64,000 bases of DNA from Myxococcota bacterium (GTDB lineage: Bacteria; Myxococcota_A; UBA796; UBA2385). The stretch is taken from positions 384,001 through 448,000 of the forward strand of contig JBIJDH010000002.1 in NCBI GenBank assembly GCA_044344255.1. Reading direction: 5' to 3'. Below the pieces are notes generated by a model that worked only from the letters and a program-made list of their open reading frames with translations, was not told the DNA's origin and searched no databases. The position numbers and the translations under genes are program-made. Numbering within the stretch: position 1 is the first letter of the stretch; every line of letters starts with the position of its first letter. Below are positions 52,228-60,951 of the stretch, piece after piece.

Positions 52228-52626
52228 TCAGCCCAAGCGCTGGTAGGAGTCCCAGTACTCGAACCGCCCCTCGGTGCCGTCGACCACGGTGTGCACGGTG
52301 AGCGCGTCTCCATCGATGTCGAAGCGGCGGGTGACGCGGGCCTCATCGAGGTGGAGCTCTTGGACCAGGCGCTCGCCCGCGAGGTCGAGCCAGCTCTCCG
52401 AGCGCTCGCTCAGCCGCAGCCCGTCGTCGAGCAACACCCGGTCTTCGACAGGGATGAGCTCAATCTGCTCCCCGAGGGGCGCCGGGCGGGCGGCGGGTGA
52501 CTCCGCTCGGACGCGGGACCAGAGCCCCGCCACACCCTCTTCCTCGCGGTCGTCATCGGCCAGCGCGGCCGGACCCAAGAGGCCGAAGGCCGCCGCGACG
52601 ATCATGGGGTTCACACGGAGCTGCAT
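52228..52626 (-). CDS. Secreted hypothetical protein
   Basis: Signal peptide ending ALA; GGAAGG upstream. Confidence 0.6.
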   Translation of the reverse strand: MQLRVNPMIVAAAFGLLGPAALADDDREEEGVAGLWSRVRAESPAARPAPLGEQIELIPVEDRVLLDDGLRLSERSESWLDLAGERLVQELHLDEARVTRRFDIDGDALTVHTVVDGTEGRFEYWDSYQRLG

Positions 52627-52837
52627 GTTGCCTTCCTAATCACTTCCAGCGCGGAGGGGAGCCCGCCCGCCCGGCGCTGAGACACGCCGGCGACCGATTC
52701 AACTCCCCGCTCCTCGGACCCGGACGATCCGGCTCTCCTCGCCCGCCGCCGCCGCGGTTGGCGGGGAGAGCAGAGATGAATCCGGATGTTCCGTCTGGAC
52801 GGTGGGGTTAACCCAAGCCCCTCTCCGCGGAAGTGCG

Positions 52838-53965
52838 ATGCGCCATCTCGTGCCCCCCAGTGTGCTCCTGTTGGCCTCCGGCACCGTGCTCCTGCTGGCC
52901 TTCGGCGCCTGCGCCCACGCGCGGCCCAAGAAGGTGGAGGTGGATCCGGCCTCCGCCCCCATCCTCCCGGCGCCGGAGGCGCGAGACTACGCCACTGGGG
53001 ACTCCTCCCCCCGCGATCCGCTCGTGCGCGCCCTCGTGCAGGGCGCGGAGCTGCCCTGGGATGAGGCACTCTCGGGCGCGGCGACGACCCTGGCGCTCGA
53101 CCCCGCCCGCGACATCGAGCTCGGGCTGGCCCGTCAAGCGGCGGTTCGTGCGGGCTATCCGTACCCGGTGGTGCGCGTGCTTGCGGGTGAGCTGGCCGCC
53201 GGTGAGCCCCCCGTCGAGCTCGAGACCGCCATCCCGCAGCTCCTCCAGAAGGGCGACCAGGTCGGCGTCGTGCGCGCGCGGATGTCGAACGGGGACCGCT
53301 GGGTGGTGCTCGTCGGCCGGCCCCGCATGCGGCTCGAGCCCTTCCCCCGGGAGATCGGCGAGGGCGGCACCCTCCGCGTCCGTGGTGATCGGCCGGGCAC
53401 CTTCACCCTCGTGTCTCCCACTGGGCGCATCGAGCGCGGCGCGCTCCCCCTCCAACAGCGGCTGGACGAGGTCGGCGAGTGGTGGGTCGAGCTGCGCGGC
53501 GCCGGCCCGGATCGGCCGCTGGTGTCGGCCATCCCGGTCTATGTGGGCATCCCCACGCCCCCCGCGGCCGTGATCGAGCTCCCCGGCGAGGCCGCCCGCG
53601 GCCCCGGCGAGGCGGTCGAGATCGCCTCCGAGCTGCTCGACGATCTGCGCGGCACCTTTGGGCTGCCCAAGCTCCAGCCGGATCGCATCCTCGAGCGCCT
53701 CGCTGACCTCCCGCTCGAGCAGGCCGTGCGCGGGGAGTGGAGCCGCGAGGTCGGCGAGGAGCGGATGCGCGGCGCCGGCTTCACGGGGGGTCCCCTCGCC
53801 CAGCTCGCCTGCTCGGCCCCGACGGTCGCCGCTTGCCTCGATCAGCTCTTCACCACGACCGAGGGGCGAGCCGCCCTGCTCGACCCGAAGCTCCGCCTCG
53901 TCGGCGCGGCGGCGCAGGTGGAGACCCGCGGCCTGACGCTCATCCTGAACCTGGTCTCCGAGTGA
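52838..53965 (+). CDS. Putative lipoprotein, degenerate CAP-domain paralog
   Basis: Lipobox FGAC; WDEALS, AGYP and C-terminal GRAALLDP..VG align by eye with the downstream gene. Confidence 0.6.
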   Translation: MRHLVPPSVLLLASGTVLLLAFGACAHARPKKVEVDPASAPILPAPEARDYATGDSSPRDPLVRALVQGAELPWDEALSGAATTLALDPARDIELGLARQAAVRAGYPYPVVRVLAGELAAGEPPVELETAIPQLLQKGDQVGVVRARMSNGDRWVVLVGRPRMRLEPFPREIGEGGTLRVRGDRPGTFTLVSPTGRIERGALPLQQRLDEVGEWWVELRGAGPDRPLVSAIPVYVGIPTPPAAVIELPGEAARGPGEAVEIASELLDDLRGTFGLPKLQPDRILERLADLPLEQAVRGEWSREVGEERMRGAGFTGGPLAQLACSAPTVAACLDQLFTTTEGRAALLDPKLRLVGAAAQVETRGLTLILNLVSE

Positions 53966-53986
53966 GGCTTGACTCCGAGTGAGGCT
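53956..53986. repeat. 14-bp direct repeat CTCCGAGTGAGGCT x2 (period 17)
   Basis: Read directly; duplicates the stop region of the upstream gene. Confidence 0.85.
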
Positions 53987-53995
53987 CAGTCACCC

Positions 53996-55189
53996 ATGAG
54001 GGGCATCCTTCCGGCGCTCCTGGGGATTTCGCTCTGGGGCGGGGCCTGCGCGCCGCGCTTGAGCTCGCCGCCGGCCGAGACCGCGCCCGAGGTGCGCTAC
54101 CGGCCCGCTCCCCCCCCCGACGCCGCCGCCTTGTCGCTCGTTCAGGCCATCCCGGGCGGACAGTGGGACGCCGGGCTGGCCGGCGCGGTCGGGGAGCTGC
54201 TCGCGCTCTCCACCTCCCGCACGAGCCTGCTCGACCCCGCCACCACCGCGCTGGTCACTGCGCGGGCCGGCTTCCCCGGCGTGGCGCGCTACGCCCGGCG
54301 CTTGAACGGCGGGGCCTTCCCGAACGAGCTCCTGGACGAGGTGGCCGCGTCGGCCGCGGGGGCGCCGGTCGACCTCGCCATCGGCAAGCGCAGCTGGGGT
54401 GACGGCACGGCGCTCTGGATCCTCGGCGTCGCCCCTCACCGCGCCGAGCTCGATCCGCTGCCCCTCCAGATCGCCCTCGATGACTCCGTCTCGGTGCGCG
54501 TGGAGCCTGTCGAGGCCGCCGAGCTCCGCCTCTTCCTCGCGCCACCCGACGGCCCCGTCGAAGAGATCGCCCTCAGCAGCCGCTTCACGGCCCCCCTCGA
54601 TCGGTTCCACACCCCGGGCGCCTACCGAGTCGAGGTGGTCGCGCGTCGCCGCGGGCGCTCGGAGCTGCTCCTGCTCTGGACCGTCTTCGTCGAGGAGCCG
54701 CCCCCCGCTCCGGCCCCGCTCCGGCCGCTCTCCGCGCTGCCGCCCCCCGATCCGGCCGCCGCCGAGCGCCAGCTCTACGCCGATCTGAACGCCCTCCGCG
54801 CCGCGCACGGGCTGCGGCCGGTGAGCCGCTTCCCCCTCTTCGAGCGGCTGGCCCGCGAGCACTCGGCGACGATGGCGGCGACCGGGGTGGTCGACCACAT
54901 CATCCCCGGCTCGACCGAGGGGGTGGCCCGACGGGCCGAGGACTTCGCCCACCCCGCGGGCGTGCTGCACGAGGACGTCGCCGCCGCGCTCAGCGCCGCC
55001 CAGGCGATGGACCTCGTCCAGGGCTCTCCCGGCCACCTCGCGGCCCTGCTCTGCGCCGCCTGCACCCACGCCTCGATCGGCGTCGCCCTGGAGCCCGTGC
55101 TCGACCGCCCGCCCCGCCTCTTCGTGACCTGGGAGGTGATGGAGTTCCCCCAGGGCGAGCCGCACGCCATCGACCACTTCAACCGATAG
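53996..55189 (+). CDS. CAP (SCP-like) domain lipoprotein
   Basis: Lipobox GGAC; LNALRAAHGL, AREHS..M, DH, GSPGHLAALL, IGVA. Confidence 0.75.
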   Translation: MRGILPALLGISLWGGACAPRLSSPPAETAPEVRYRPAPPPDAAALSLVQAIPGGQWDAGLAGAVGELLALSTSRTSLLDPATTALVTARAGFPGVARYARRLNGGAFPNELLDEVAASAAGAPVDLAIGKRSWGDGTALWILGVAPHRAELDPLPLQIALDDSVSVRVEPVEAAELRLFLAPPDGPVEEIALSSRFTAPLDRFHTPGAYRVEVVARRRGRSELLLLWTVFVEEPPPAPAPLRPLSALPPPDPAAAERQLYADLNALRAAHGLRPVSRFPLFERLAREHSATMAATGVVDHIIPGSTEGVARRAEDFAHPAGVLHEDVAAALSAAQAMDLVQGSPGHLAALLCAACTHASIGVALEPVLDRPPRLFVTWEVMEFPQGEPHAIDHFNR

Positions 55190-55242
55190 GGTTGGGCCCC
55201 TACGGGGTAGCGGGCGCGAGTGGTTGGGCTAAGTCGGCCCCG

Positions 55243-56595
55243 ATGCGCGTCCTCCTGGTCCAAGCCTTCACCGCACTCGACATGGAGCTGGTCTACCCGA
55301 TCGGCCTCGCGATGCTGGCGGCCCACCTCGACGGCCACACCGTCGCCATCTTTGACCTCAACACCCACAAGGCGCAGCCCTGGGCCGATCTCGAGGCCGA
55401 GCTCCTCCGTTTTTGTCCGGACGTGGTCGGCATCTCCCTCCGCAACATGAAGGTGGGGATGCCCGGCTATCAGGGCGACGACTTCGGGCCCCAGCAGGCC
55501 ACGATCGAGGTGATCAAGCGCGTCCGCCCGGGGATCAAGGTCGTCGCGGGCGGCACCGCCTTCAGCCTCTACGCGGAGGCGATGATGCGCCGGGTGCCGG
55601 CGATCGACGTCGGCGTCTGGGGCGAGGCCGAGCACCGCTTCGCCGCCCTGCTCGACCGCCTGGATCGCCCCTGGGAGGTGCCGGGCGTCTATTGGCGGGA
55701 GGGCGACCGCGTCGTCTACACCGGCGCGCCGCCGCCGGTCGATTTTCCCGCCCTGCGCCCGCCTCGCCGGGAGCTCGTCGATCACGCGCCTTACGCGGCG
55801 AGCTCCTTCGTCAGCGTCGGCCTCCAGAGCAAGCGGGGCTGCGCGCTGCGCTGCGTACACTGTTCAGACACCTTCCTCCTCGGCCACAACGTGCGGATGC
55901 GCACCCCGCGCGCCGTGGTCGACGAGATGAGCGAGCTCGTCTCTGAGCACAAGGTCAACCAGCTCTTCTTCTGTGACCAGATCTTCAACATCCCCGTCGC
56001 GCACGCGATCGACATCTGTAAGGAGATCGTCGATCGGGGCCTGGAGGTGCGCTGGAGCGCCTGGCTGAACGAGCACCGGAAGACGCTGCCCGACGAGCTC
56101 CTCGTCTGGATGAAGCGGGCCGGCTGCGGGCTCCTCAGCTTCTCTCCCGATCATGTTGATGACCGGATGCTGAAGAACCTCGACAAGAACTTCCGTTACG
56201 TGGACATGCTCTACACCGTCCAGGCGGCGAAGAAGCACCACATGGACGTGGAGTACAGCTTCTTCCTCAACAGCCCGGGGGAGGATCTGCAGAGCCTGCT
56301 GCGCATCCTCCGCTTCCTTGCCCACGCGCGGCTGGAGCTCGGCCCGCAGCTCCGCATGTTCACGCTGCTGCTGCTGCAGCCGATCCGCATCTACCCCCAC
56401 ACCCGCCTCGCCGAGATGGCCCGCCGGACAGGGCTCGTCCCCGAAGATCACGACCTCATCGAGGGGATGTACTGGAACCCAGGCGGGCTCGCCCACGTGG
56501 TGCGGGGGATCCAGCGGGGCGCCGGGGCGGCCTGGCAGGTGCGGAAGAAGGTGCAGGCCCTCCGGGGCACCTCCACCGCCACCGTCGATCGATAG
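55243..56595 (+). CDS. Cobalamin-binding radical SAM protein
   Basis: N-terminal YPIGL..PDVVGISLRN..GG.AFS B12 domain; QSKRGCALRCVHC CxxxCxxC; FCDQIFN. Confidence 0.92.
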   Translation: MRVLLVQAFTALDMELVYPIGLAMLAAHLDGHTVAIFDLNTHKAQPWADLEAELLRFCPDVVGISLRNMKVGMPGYQGDDFGPQQATIEVIKRVRPGIKVVAGGTAFSLYAEAMMRRVPAIDVGVWGEAEHRFAALLDRLDRPWEVPGVYWREGDRVVYTGAPPPVDFPALRPPRRELVDHAPYAASSFVSVGLQSKRGCALRCVHCSDTFLLGHNVRMRTPRAVVDEMSELVSEHKVNQLFFCDQIFNIPVAHAIDICKEIVDRGLEVRWSAWLNEHRKTLPDELLVWMKRAGCGLLSFSPDHVDDRMLKNLDKNFRYVDMLYTVQAAKKHHMDVEYSFFLNSPGEDLQSLLRILRFLAHARLELGPQLRMFTLLLLQPIRIYPHTRLAEMARRTGLVPEDHDLIEGMYWNPGGLAHVVRGIQRGAGAAWQVRKKVQALRGTSTATVDR

Positions 56596-56604
56596 GGCGA
56601 CCGC

Positions 56605-57327
56605 GTGGACAGAGGACTGCGCTTTGAGGCGGTGCGTTTCGGTTGGGAGGGGGAGGCGCCTCTGCTCGATGGCTTCGACCTCACGCTCGACGCGGGAGCG
56701 GTCACCGCCATCGTCGGCCCGAGCGGCTCCGGAAAGTCGACGCTGCTGCGCCTCGCCGCCGGCCTGGCCCGGCCCTCCGTCGGACGGGTGTCGGGCGGGG
56801 AGGGAGAGCGGGCCTTCGTCTTCCAAGCCCCCACCCTGCTCGCCTGGCGAACCGTCGCCGAGAACGTGGGCCTGCCGCTCGAGCTCCGCGGGGTGCGGCC
56901 GGCCGACCGGCGCGGCCCGGTGGCCGAGGCCCTACGCGCCGTGGGCCTCGCGGCCGACGGTGATCGGCTGCCACACGCGCTCTCCGGGGGGATGCAGATG
57001 CGAGCCTCCCTCGCCCGCGCCCTCGTGCTGCGGCCGGGACTCCTCCTGCTGGACGAGCCCTTCGCCGCCCTCGACGCGATCACCCGGGTGGGGATCCGGG
57101 AGGCCTTCGAGGCGGCCTGGACCGCCGCCGAGGCCACCGTGCTGCTGGTCACACACGACCTCGATGAGGCCGTGCTGCTCGCCGATCGGGTGGTGGTGGT
57201 GGGCGGGCGGCCGCTCCGCGTCCTCGACTCCTTCGCCGTGCCCTTGCCCCGGCCACGTGGCCGCGCCCTCCGCTACGATCCACGCCTGGAGCGCCTCGTC
57301 GCCGCGGTTGAGGCGGCGCTGCCATGA
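56605..57327 (+). CDS. ABC transporter ATP-binding protein (SsuB/TauB-like)
   Basis: GPSGSGKST, LSGGMQMR, LLDEPFAALD, VTHD. Confidence 0.93.
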   Translation: MDRGLRFEAVRFGWEGEAPLLDGFDLTLDAGAVTAIVGPSGSGKSTLLRLAAGLARPSVGRVSGGEGERAFVFQAPTLLAWRTVAENVGLPLELRGVRPADRRGPVAEALRAVGLAADGDRLPHALSGGMQMRASLARALVLRPGLLLLDEPFAALDAITRVGIREAFEAAWTAAEATVLLVTHDLDEAVLLADRVVVVGGRPLRVLDSFAVPLPRPRGRALRYDPRLERLVAAVEAALP

Positions 57328-58088
57328 GCCGCGCCCGCACCCTCGCTCCCCCCGTCCTGGCCGCGGCGCTGGGCCTCGCCGCCTGGGCCGCCCTCTCGGC
57401 CCGCCTGCCAGCGGCGCTGCTGCCGTCCCCGGGCGAGGTGCTCGCGGCCGCGGGGGCGAGCGCAGGCGCGCTGCTGCGGGCCTCCGCCGAGACGGCCGCC
57501 TCCGCCCTGCTCGGCCTCGCCCTCGCCTGGGGCTTGGGCCTCGGCGCGGCGGTGAGCTTCCTCCGCTGGCGCCCCCTCGAGGCGGCCCTCTACCCCTACG
57601 CGCTGCTGGTCCAGACCATGCCCGTGGTGGCCATCGCCCCGCTTCTCGTCGTCTGGCTCGGCTACGGCCGGCCGGTCGCCGTGGTGACCACCGCCATCGT
57701 CTGCTTCTTCCCGGTGCTCACCGCCGCGCATGTCGGGCTCCGCTCCACAGCGGCGACCGAGCTCGAGCTCTTCGCACTCTATGGGGCCAGCTGGCTCCAA
57801 GAGCTGCGCCTGCTGCGCCTCCCTGCGGCCCTGCCCTACCTGTTCGGCGGGCTGCGCACGACGGGCGGCCTCGCGATCATCGGCGCCATCGTGGGGGAGC
57901 TCGTCGGCTCGAACGGGTCGCCGCCGAGCCTCGGCTTCCTCGTGCTGCGGGCCGCCCGCTCGGCGGACACCGGCTTATCCTTCGCCGCTATCTTCTCCGC
58001 CGCGGCGCTGGCGCTCGGCCTCTTCGGGCTCGTCCGATGGGCCGAGCGGCGGCTGATCGGCGCCTGGTTTGGACGAGGTCCACGATGA
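57324..58088 (+). CDS. ABC transporter permease (SsuC/TauC-like)
   Basis: LLPSP, PVVAIAPL, LRLPAALPYLF.GLR, GAIVGE. Confidence 0.92.
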   Translation: MSRARTLAPPVLAAALGLAAWAALSARLPAALLPSPGEVLAAAGASAGALLRASAETAASALLGLALAWGLGLGAAVSFLRWRPLEAALYPYALLVQTMPVVAIAPLLVVWLGYGRPVAVVTTAIVCFFPVLTAAHVGLRSTAATELELFALYGASWLQELRLLRLPAALPYLFGGLRTTGGLAIIGAIVGELVGSNGSPPSLGFLVLRAARSADTGLSFAAIFSAAALALGLFGLVRWAERRLIGAWFGRGPR

Positions 58089-59146
58089 GCAACACCACCC
58101 CTCGATCCCGGGCGAGCGCCTCCTGCGCCGGCCTCCTGCTCCTCCTCGCCGCGTGCGGGGGCGAAGGCGCGAAGCCGGGCGAGGGCGCCGAGCCGCTCGC
58201 CGATCCGGCACCCAAGCTCGACCTCGTCAAGGTCCGCCTCGCGCTCAACTGGTACCCCGAGCCCGAGTTCGGCGGCTTCTACGAGGGGGTGCTCGGCGGG
58301 CACTACGCGCGGGAGGGCTTTGACGTCGAGATCATCCCCGGCGGCCCGGGCGCCCCCAGCCTCGAGCTGCTCGGCACCGGCCGGGCCGAGGCCGCGATCA
58401 CCGCGGCGGACGATCTCCTCGTCAAGCGCGGCAAGGGGATCCAGGCCATCGGCGCCTGGCCGGCCTTCCAGGACAACCCGATGGGCCTGCTGGTGCACGG
58501 CGACAGCGGGATCAAGACCTACGCCGACCTCGGCAAGACGCCGGGCCAGCAGCTCGCCCTCGAGGTGGGCGGCCCCTTCCAGATCTTCCTCTGGGGCAAG
58601 TACGCGCTCGAGGGCAAGGTGGAGCTGGTGCCCACGGGCGGCACCGTCGGCGCCTTCCTCGCCAACCCGAAGCTCGCCCAGCAGGGCTACATCACCTCCG
58701 AGCCCTGCGTCGCCCGCGGCCAAGGCGCCCAGGTCGACTTCCTCGCCTCGGCCGAGGCCGGCTGGAACCCCTACGGGACGCTGCTCGCCTTCGCCGATCC
58801 GCCGCCGCCTTGGGCCGAGGCCTTCGTCGCCGCCACCCAGGCCGGCTGGGACTCCTACCTCGCGTCGCCCGACCAAGCGAACCGCGAGATCGCAAGGTTG
58901 AACGACCAGATGAAGCCCGAGCTCCTCGCCTGCATCGTCGCCGCCCAGCGGCCTTACCTCACCGGGAAGGACGGCCTCGGCGCGATGTCGGAGGCGCGCT
59001 GGGAGGACACCGCAGCCGGCCTCGTGAGCGTGGGCCTGCTCCCCGCCGGGTCCTCGGCGAAGGGAGCCTGGCGCAGCTTCCAGGCCCGCGGCAAGCTCAC
59101 CGAGCCACCGGTCGGCCCGCCGCCCCCGGAGGCGCCGGGGCGCTGA
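58085..59146 (+). CDS. ABC substrate-binding lipoprotein, NMT1/THI5-like
   Basis: Lipobox LLAAC; LNWYPEPEFGGFY, GFDVEIIPGGP, GYITSEP; ATGA overlap. Confidence 0.88.
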   Translation: MSNTTPRSRASASCAGLLLLLAACGGEGAKPGEGAEPLADPAPKLDLVKVRLALNWYPEPEFGGFYEGVLGGHYAREGFDVEIIPGGPGAPSLELLGTGRAEAAITAADDLLVKRGKGIQAIGAWPAFQDNPMGLLVHGDSGIKTYADLGKTPGQQLALEVGGPFQIFLWGKYALEGKVELVPTGGTVGAFLANPKLAQQGYITSEPCVARGQGAQVDFLASAEAGWNPYGTLLAFADPPPPWAEAFVAATQAGWDSYLASPDQANREIARLNDQMKPELLACIVAAQRPYLTGKDGLGAMSEARWEDTAAGLVSVGLLPAGSSAKGAWRSFQARGKLTEPPVGPPPPEAPGR

Positions 59147-59173
59147 GGGCGCGACGCGGGCTCCGGCGAAGCC

Positions 59174-59512
59174 TCAGTCGGTCAGGGCCTCACCCACAGA
59201 GTCGGCGGTCAGGGCCCGGTCGAGCCAGCGGAGGAGGGTGGCGGCCTCGTCGGTGGCCTCGATGCGGGCCAAGGCGGCTTCGTCCGGCTGCAGGCCGCGC
59301 GAGCGGAGGACCTTGATCAGCGCCTGAGCCATGCCCCGGGCTTCACCCTCCGCCTTGCCCTCTGCCTTGCCCTCTGCCTTGCCCTCGGCGATGCCGATGG
59401 CGATGTACTTCTTGGCGAAGTCGCTCTGGTAGACGTAGTTCTGCAACAAGGCGGCCTCCAAGGAAGCGCGCGCGGCGTCGCCGAGCGCGTTGAGGATGAG
59501 ATCAGTGTAGGG
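59174..59512 (-). pseudogene. C-terminal fragment of an Rpn/transposase-like (EGKAEG-repeat) protein
   Basis: YTDLILNALGDAARASLE..YQSDFAKKY..(AEGK)3AEGEARG..LLRWLDRA; in-frame TGA shortly upstream and no credible start. Confidence 0.6.
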
Positions 59513-59705
59513 GCGAGATGTCGGAGGGCCACATCACCCGGACCACGTCGCGGCGGAGCCAATCTCCGGCGAGGGCCGTGTAGCTCGGCGAGGGCCACGC
59601 TTCGGCACGACGCCGAGGTCAGCCCGCCGCTCGACGGGCTTGGGGTCCGTAAGCGCGGAGCGGGGGCGTCCGCCCCGGCGGCGAAGCGGCGCCCGCTCGG
59701 CCTGC

Positions 59706-60044
59706 TCAGGGGCAGGTGTCGGCGGTGAAGGTCTCCTGGAGGTAGGCGATCACGTCGGCGTTCTGCTGGGCGGTCAGGTCTTGGGCCGGCATGTCGCCAA
59801 TGCCGTCGAGGATCACGCTCGTGAGCTCAGCGACGTCGCTCGTGGGGACGTCCTCGCACATCGCGGGGGCGTAGCCGGTGGTGCCCTCGCCGGATGCGCC
59901 GTGGCAGCCAGAACAGGTGGAGCTGTAGACAGTGGCGCCGGCGGCGGCGTCACCGTCGCCCGCCGCGCCGGAGCCGGTGTCGCCGCCCTTTCCGCAAGCG
60001 ACCAGAGAGAATGCGAGGATGGAGGAGAGGATCAGCGTCTTCAT
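59706..60044 (-). CDS. Monoheme cytochrome c lipoprotein
   Basis: Lipobox LVAC; CSGCH heme motif; distal GDMP; GGAG RBS. Confidence 0.9.
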   Translation of the reverse strand: MKTLILSSILAFSLVACGKGGDTGSGAAGDGDAAAGATVYSSTCSGCHGASGEGTTGYAPAMCEDVPTSDVAELTSVILDGIGDMPAQDLTAQQNADVIAYLQETFTADTCP

Positions 60045-60106
60045 GGGGTACTCCGTTGGCGTGAGCGTACGACGAATCGCCCGGCGGCGCGCACCCTACT
60101 CGATCC

Positions 60107-60922
60107 TCAGCGCTCCAGCCACCGAAGAGAGAAGACCTCCTCTTCCAAGGCCACGCTGAACACCATCTCTGTGAATCGAACGTCGGTAGACGCTCCCTTC
60201 TCGAGCGAGCTCTCGATGACCATGTGCGACGGGAAGCGGCGGGTGCCGTAGGTCTGGATGTCGGACATCGTCCAGGTCTTGAGCAGCATCCCGGAGAGCG
60301 CGTAGAGCTCCTGGCGGATGGGGATGAGGGTCTCCTGGTCCACCCAGGTCAGCCGCCGCGAGTAGGCGACGTTCTTCTCTTTGGCCTTCATCTCCAGCTT
60401 CCAGCAGGGCCGACCCTCCGAGACCTCGGCGCCGAGCACCGTCGCCGTGTACTGCAGGCGCATCGTCGCCGTCTCCATCATGTCCTCATACGAGAAGTCC
60501 GAGCCCATCAGGCCTTGACGCAGCATGTGACCGCTGATCTTCTGTGTCTTCTCGATGCTCGGCAGGTACATCCAGAGCTCGCCGCCCTTCTTCAGCATCT
60601 TGGTGCCCTTGTCGCGGGGCGGGTCGAGGAATTCGATGGCCGCCTCATCGGTTCCGCGGCCGTAACTTTGGATCGCGTAGCCCTTGGTTCGTCCGTTCTT
60701 GGTCACGGTCATCGTCATCTTCGAGCTGCGAGTATCGAAGACCATGTTCCGGTCGATGGCGGCCAGCAGCTCATCGGCGGTGGGGGTGGCCGGCGCGGCC
60801 TCGGCGGGAGGGGCGAGCGGCCCCGCGAGGAGCGTGGGCAGCGCCACCCCGAGCCCGAACCAGAGGGCCAGCGCGCCGAAGGAGGAGGGCTTCCAGGGGA
60901 GGGGCGGTCGGGTGTGGCGCAT
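60107..60922 (-). CDS. Outer-membrane lipoprotein-sorting (LolA-like) protein
   Basis: FLDPPRDKGTKML, LWMYLPS, MGSDFSYED, FSLRWL. Confidence 0.88.
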   Translation of the reverse strand: MRHTRPPLPWKPSSFGALALWFGLGVALPTLLAGPLAPPAEAAPATPTADELLAAIDRNMVFDTRSSKMTMTVTKNGRTKGYAIQSYGRGTDEAAIEFLDPPRDKGTKMLKKGGELWMYLPSIEKTQKISGHMLRQGLMGSDFSYEDMMETATMRLQYTATVLGAEVSEGRPCWKLEMKAKEKNVAYSRRLTWVDQETLIPIRQELYALSGMLLKTWTMSDIQTYGTRRFPSHMVIESSLEKGASTDVRFTEMVFSVALEEEVFSLRWLER

Positions 60923-60951
60923 GGGAGGCTCCGAATGGCGAAGGGGCCGGG

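Noticed and set aside
52655..52735. Canonical TPP riboswitch
   Set aside because: GCTGAGA is present but the ACCTGA and TAAT..GCG.AGG elements are missing; kept only as a weak structured-RNA lead
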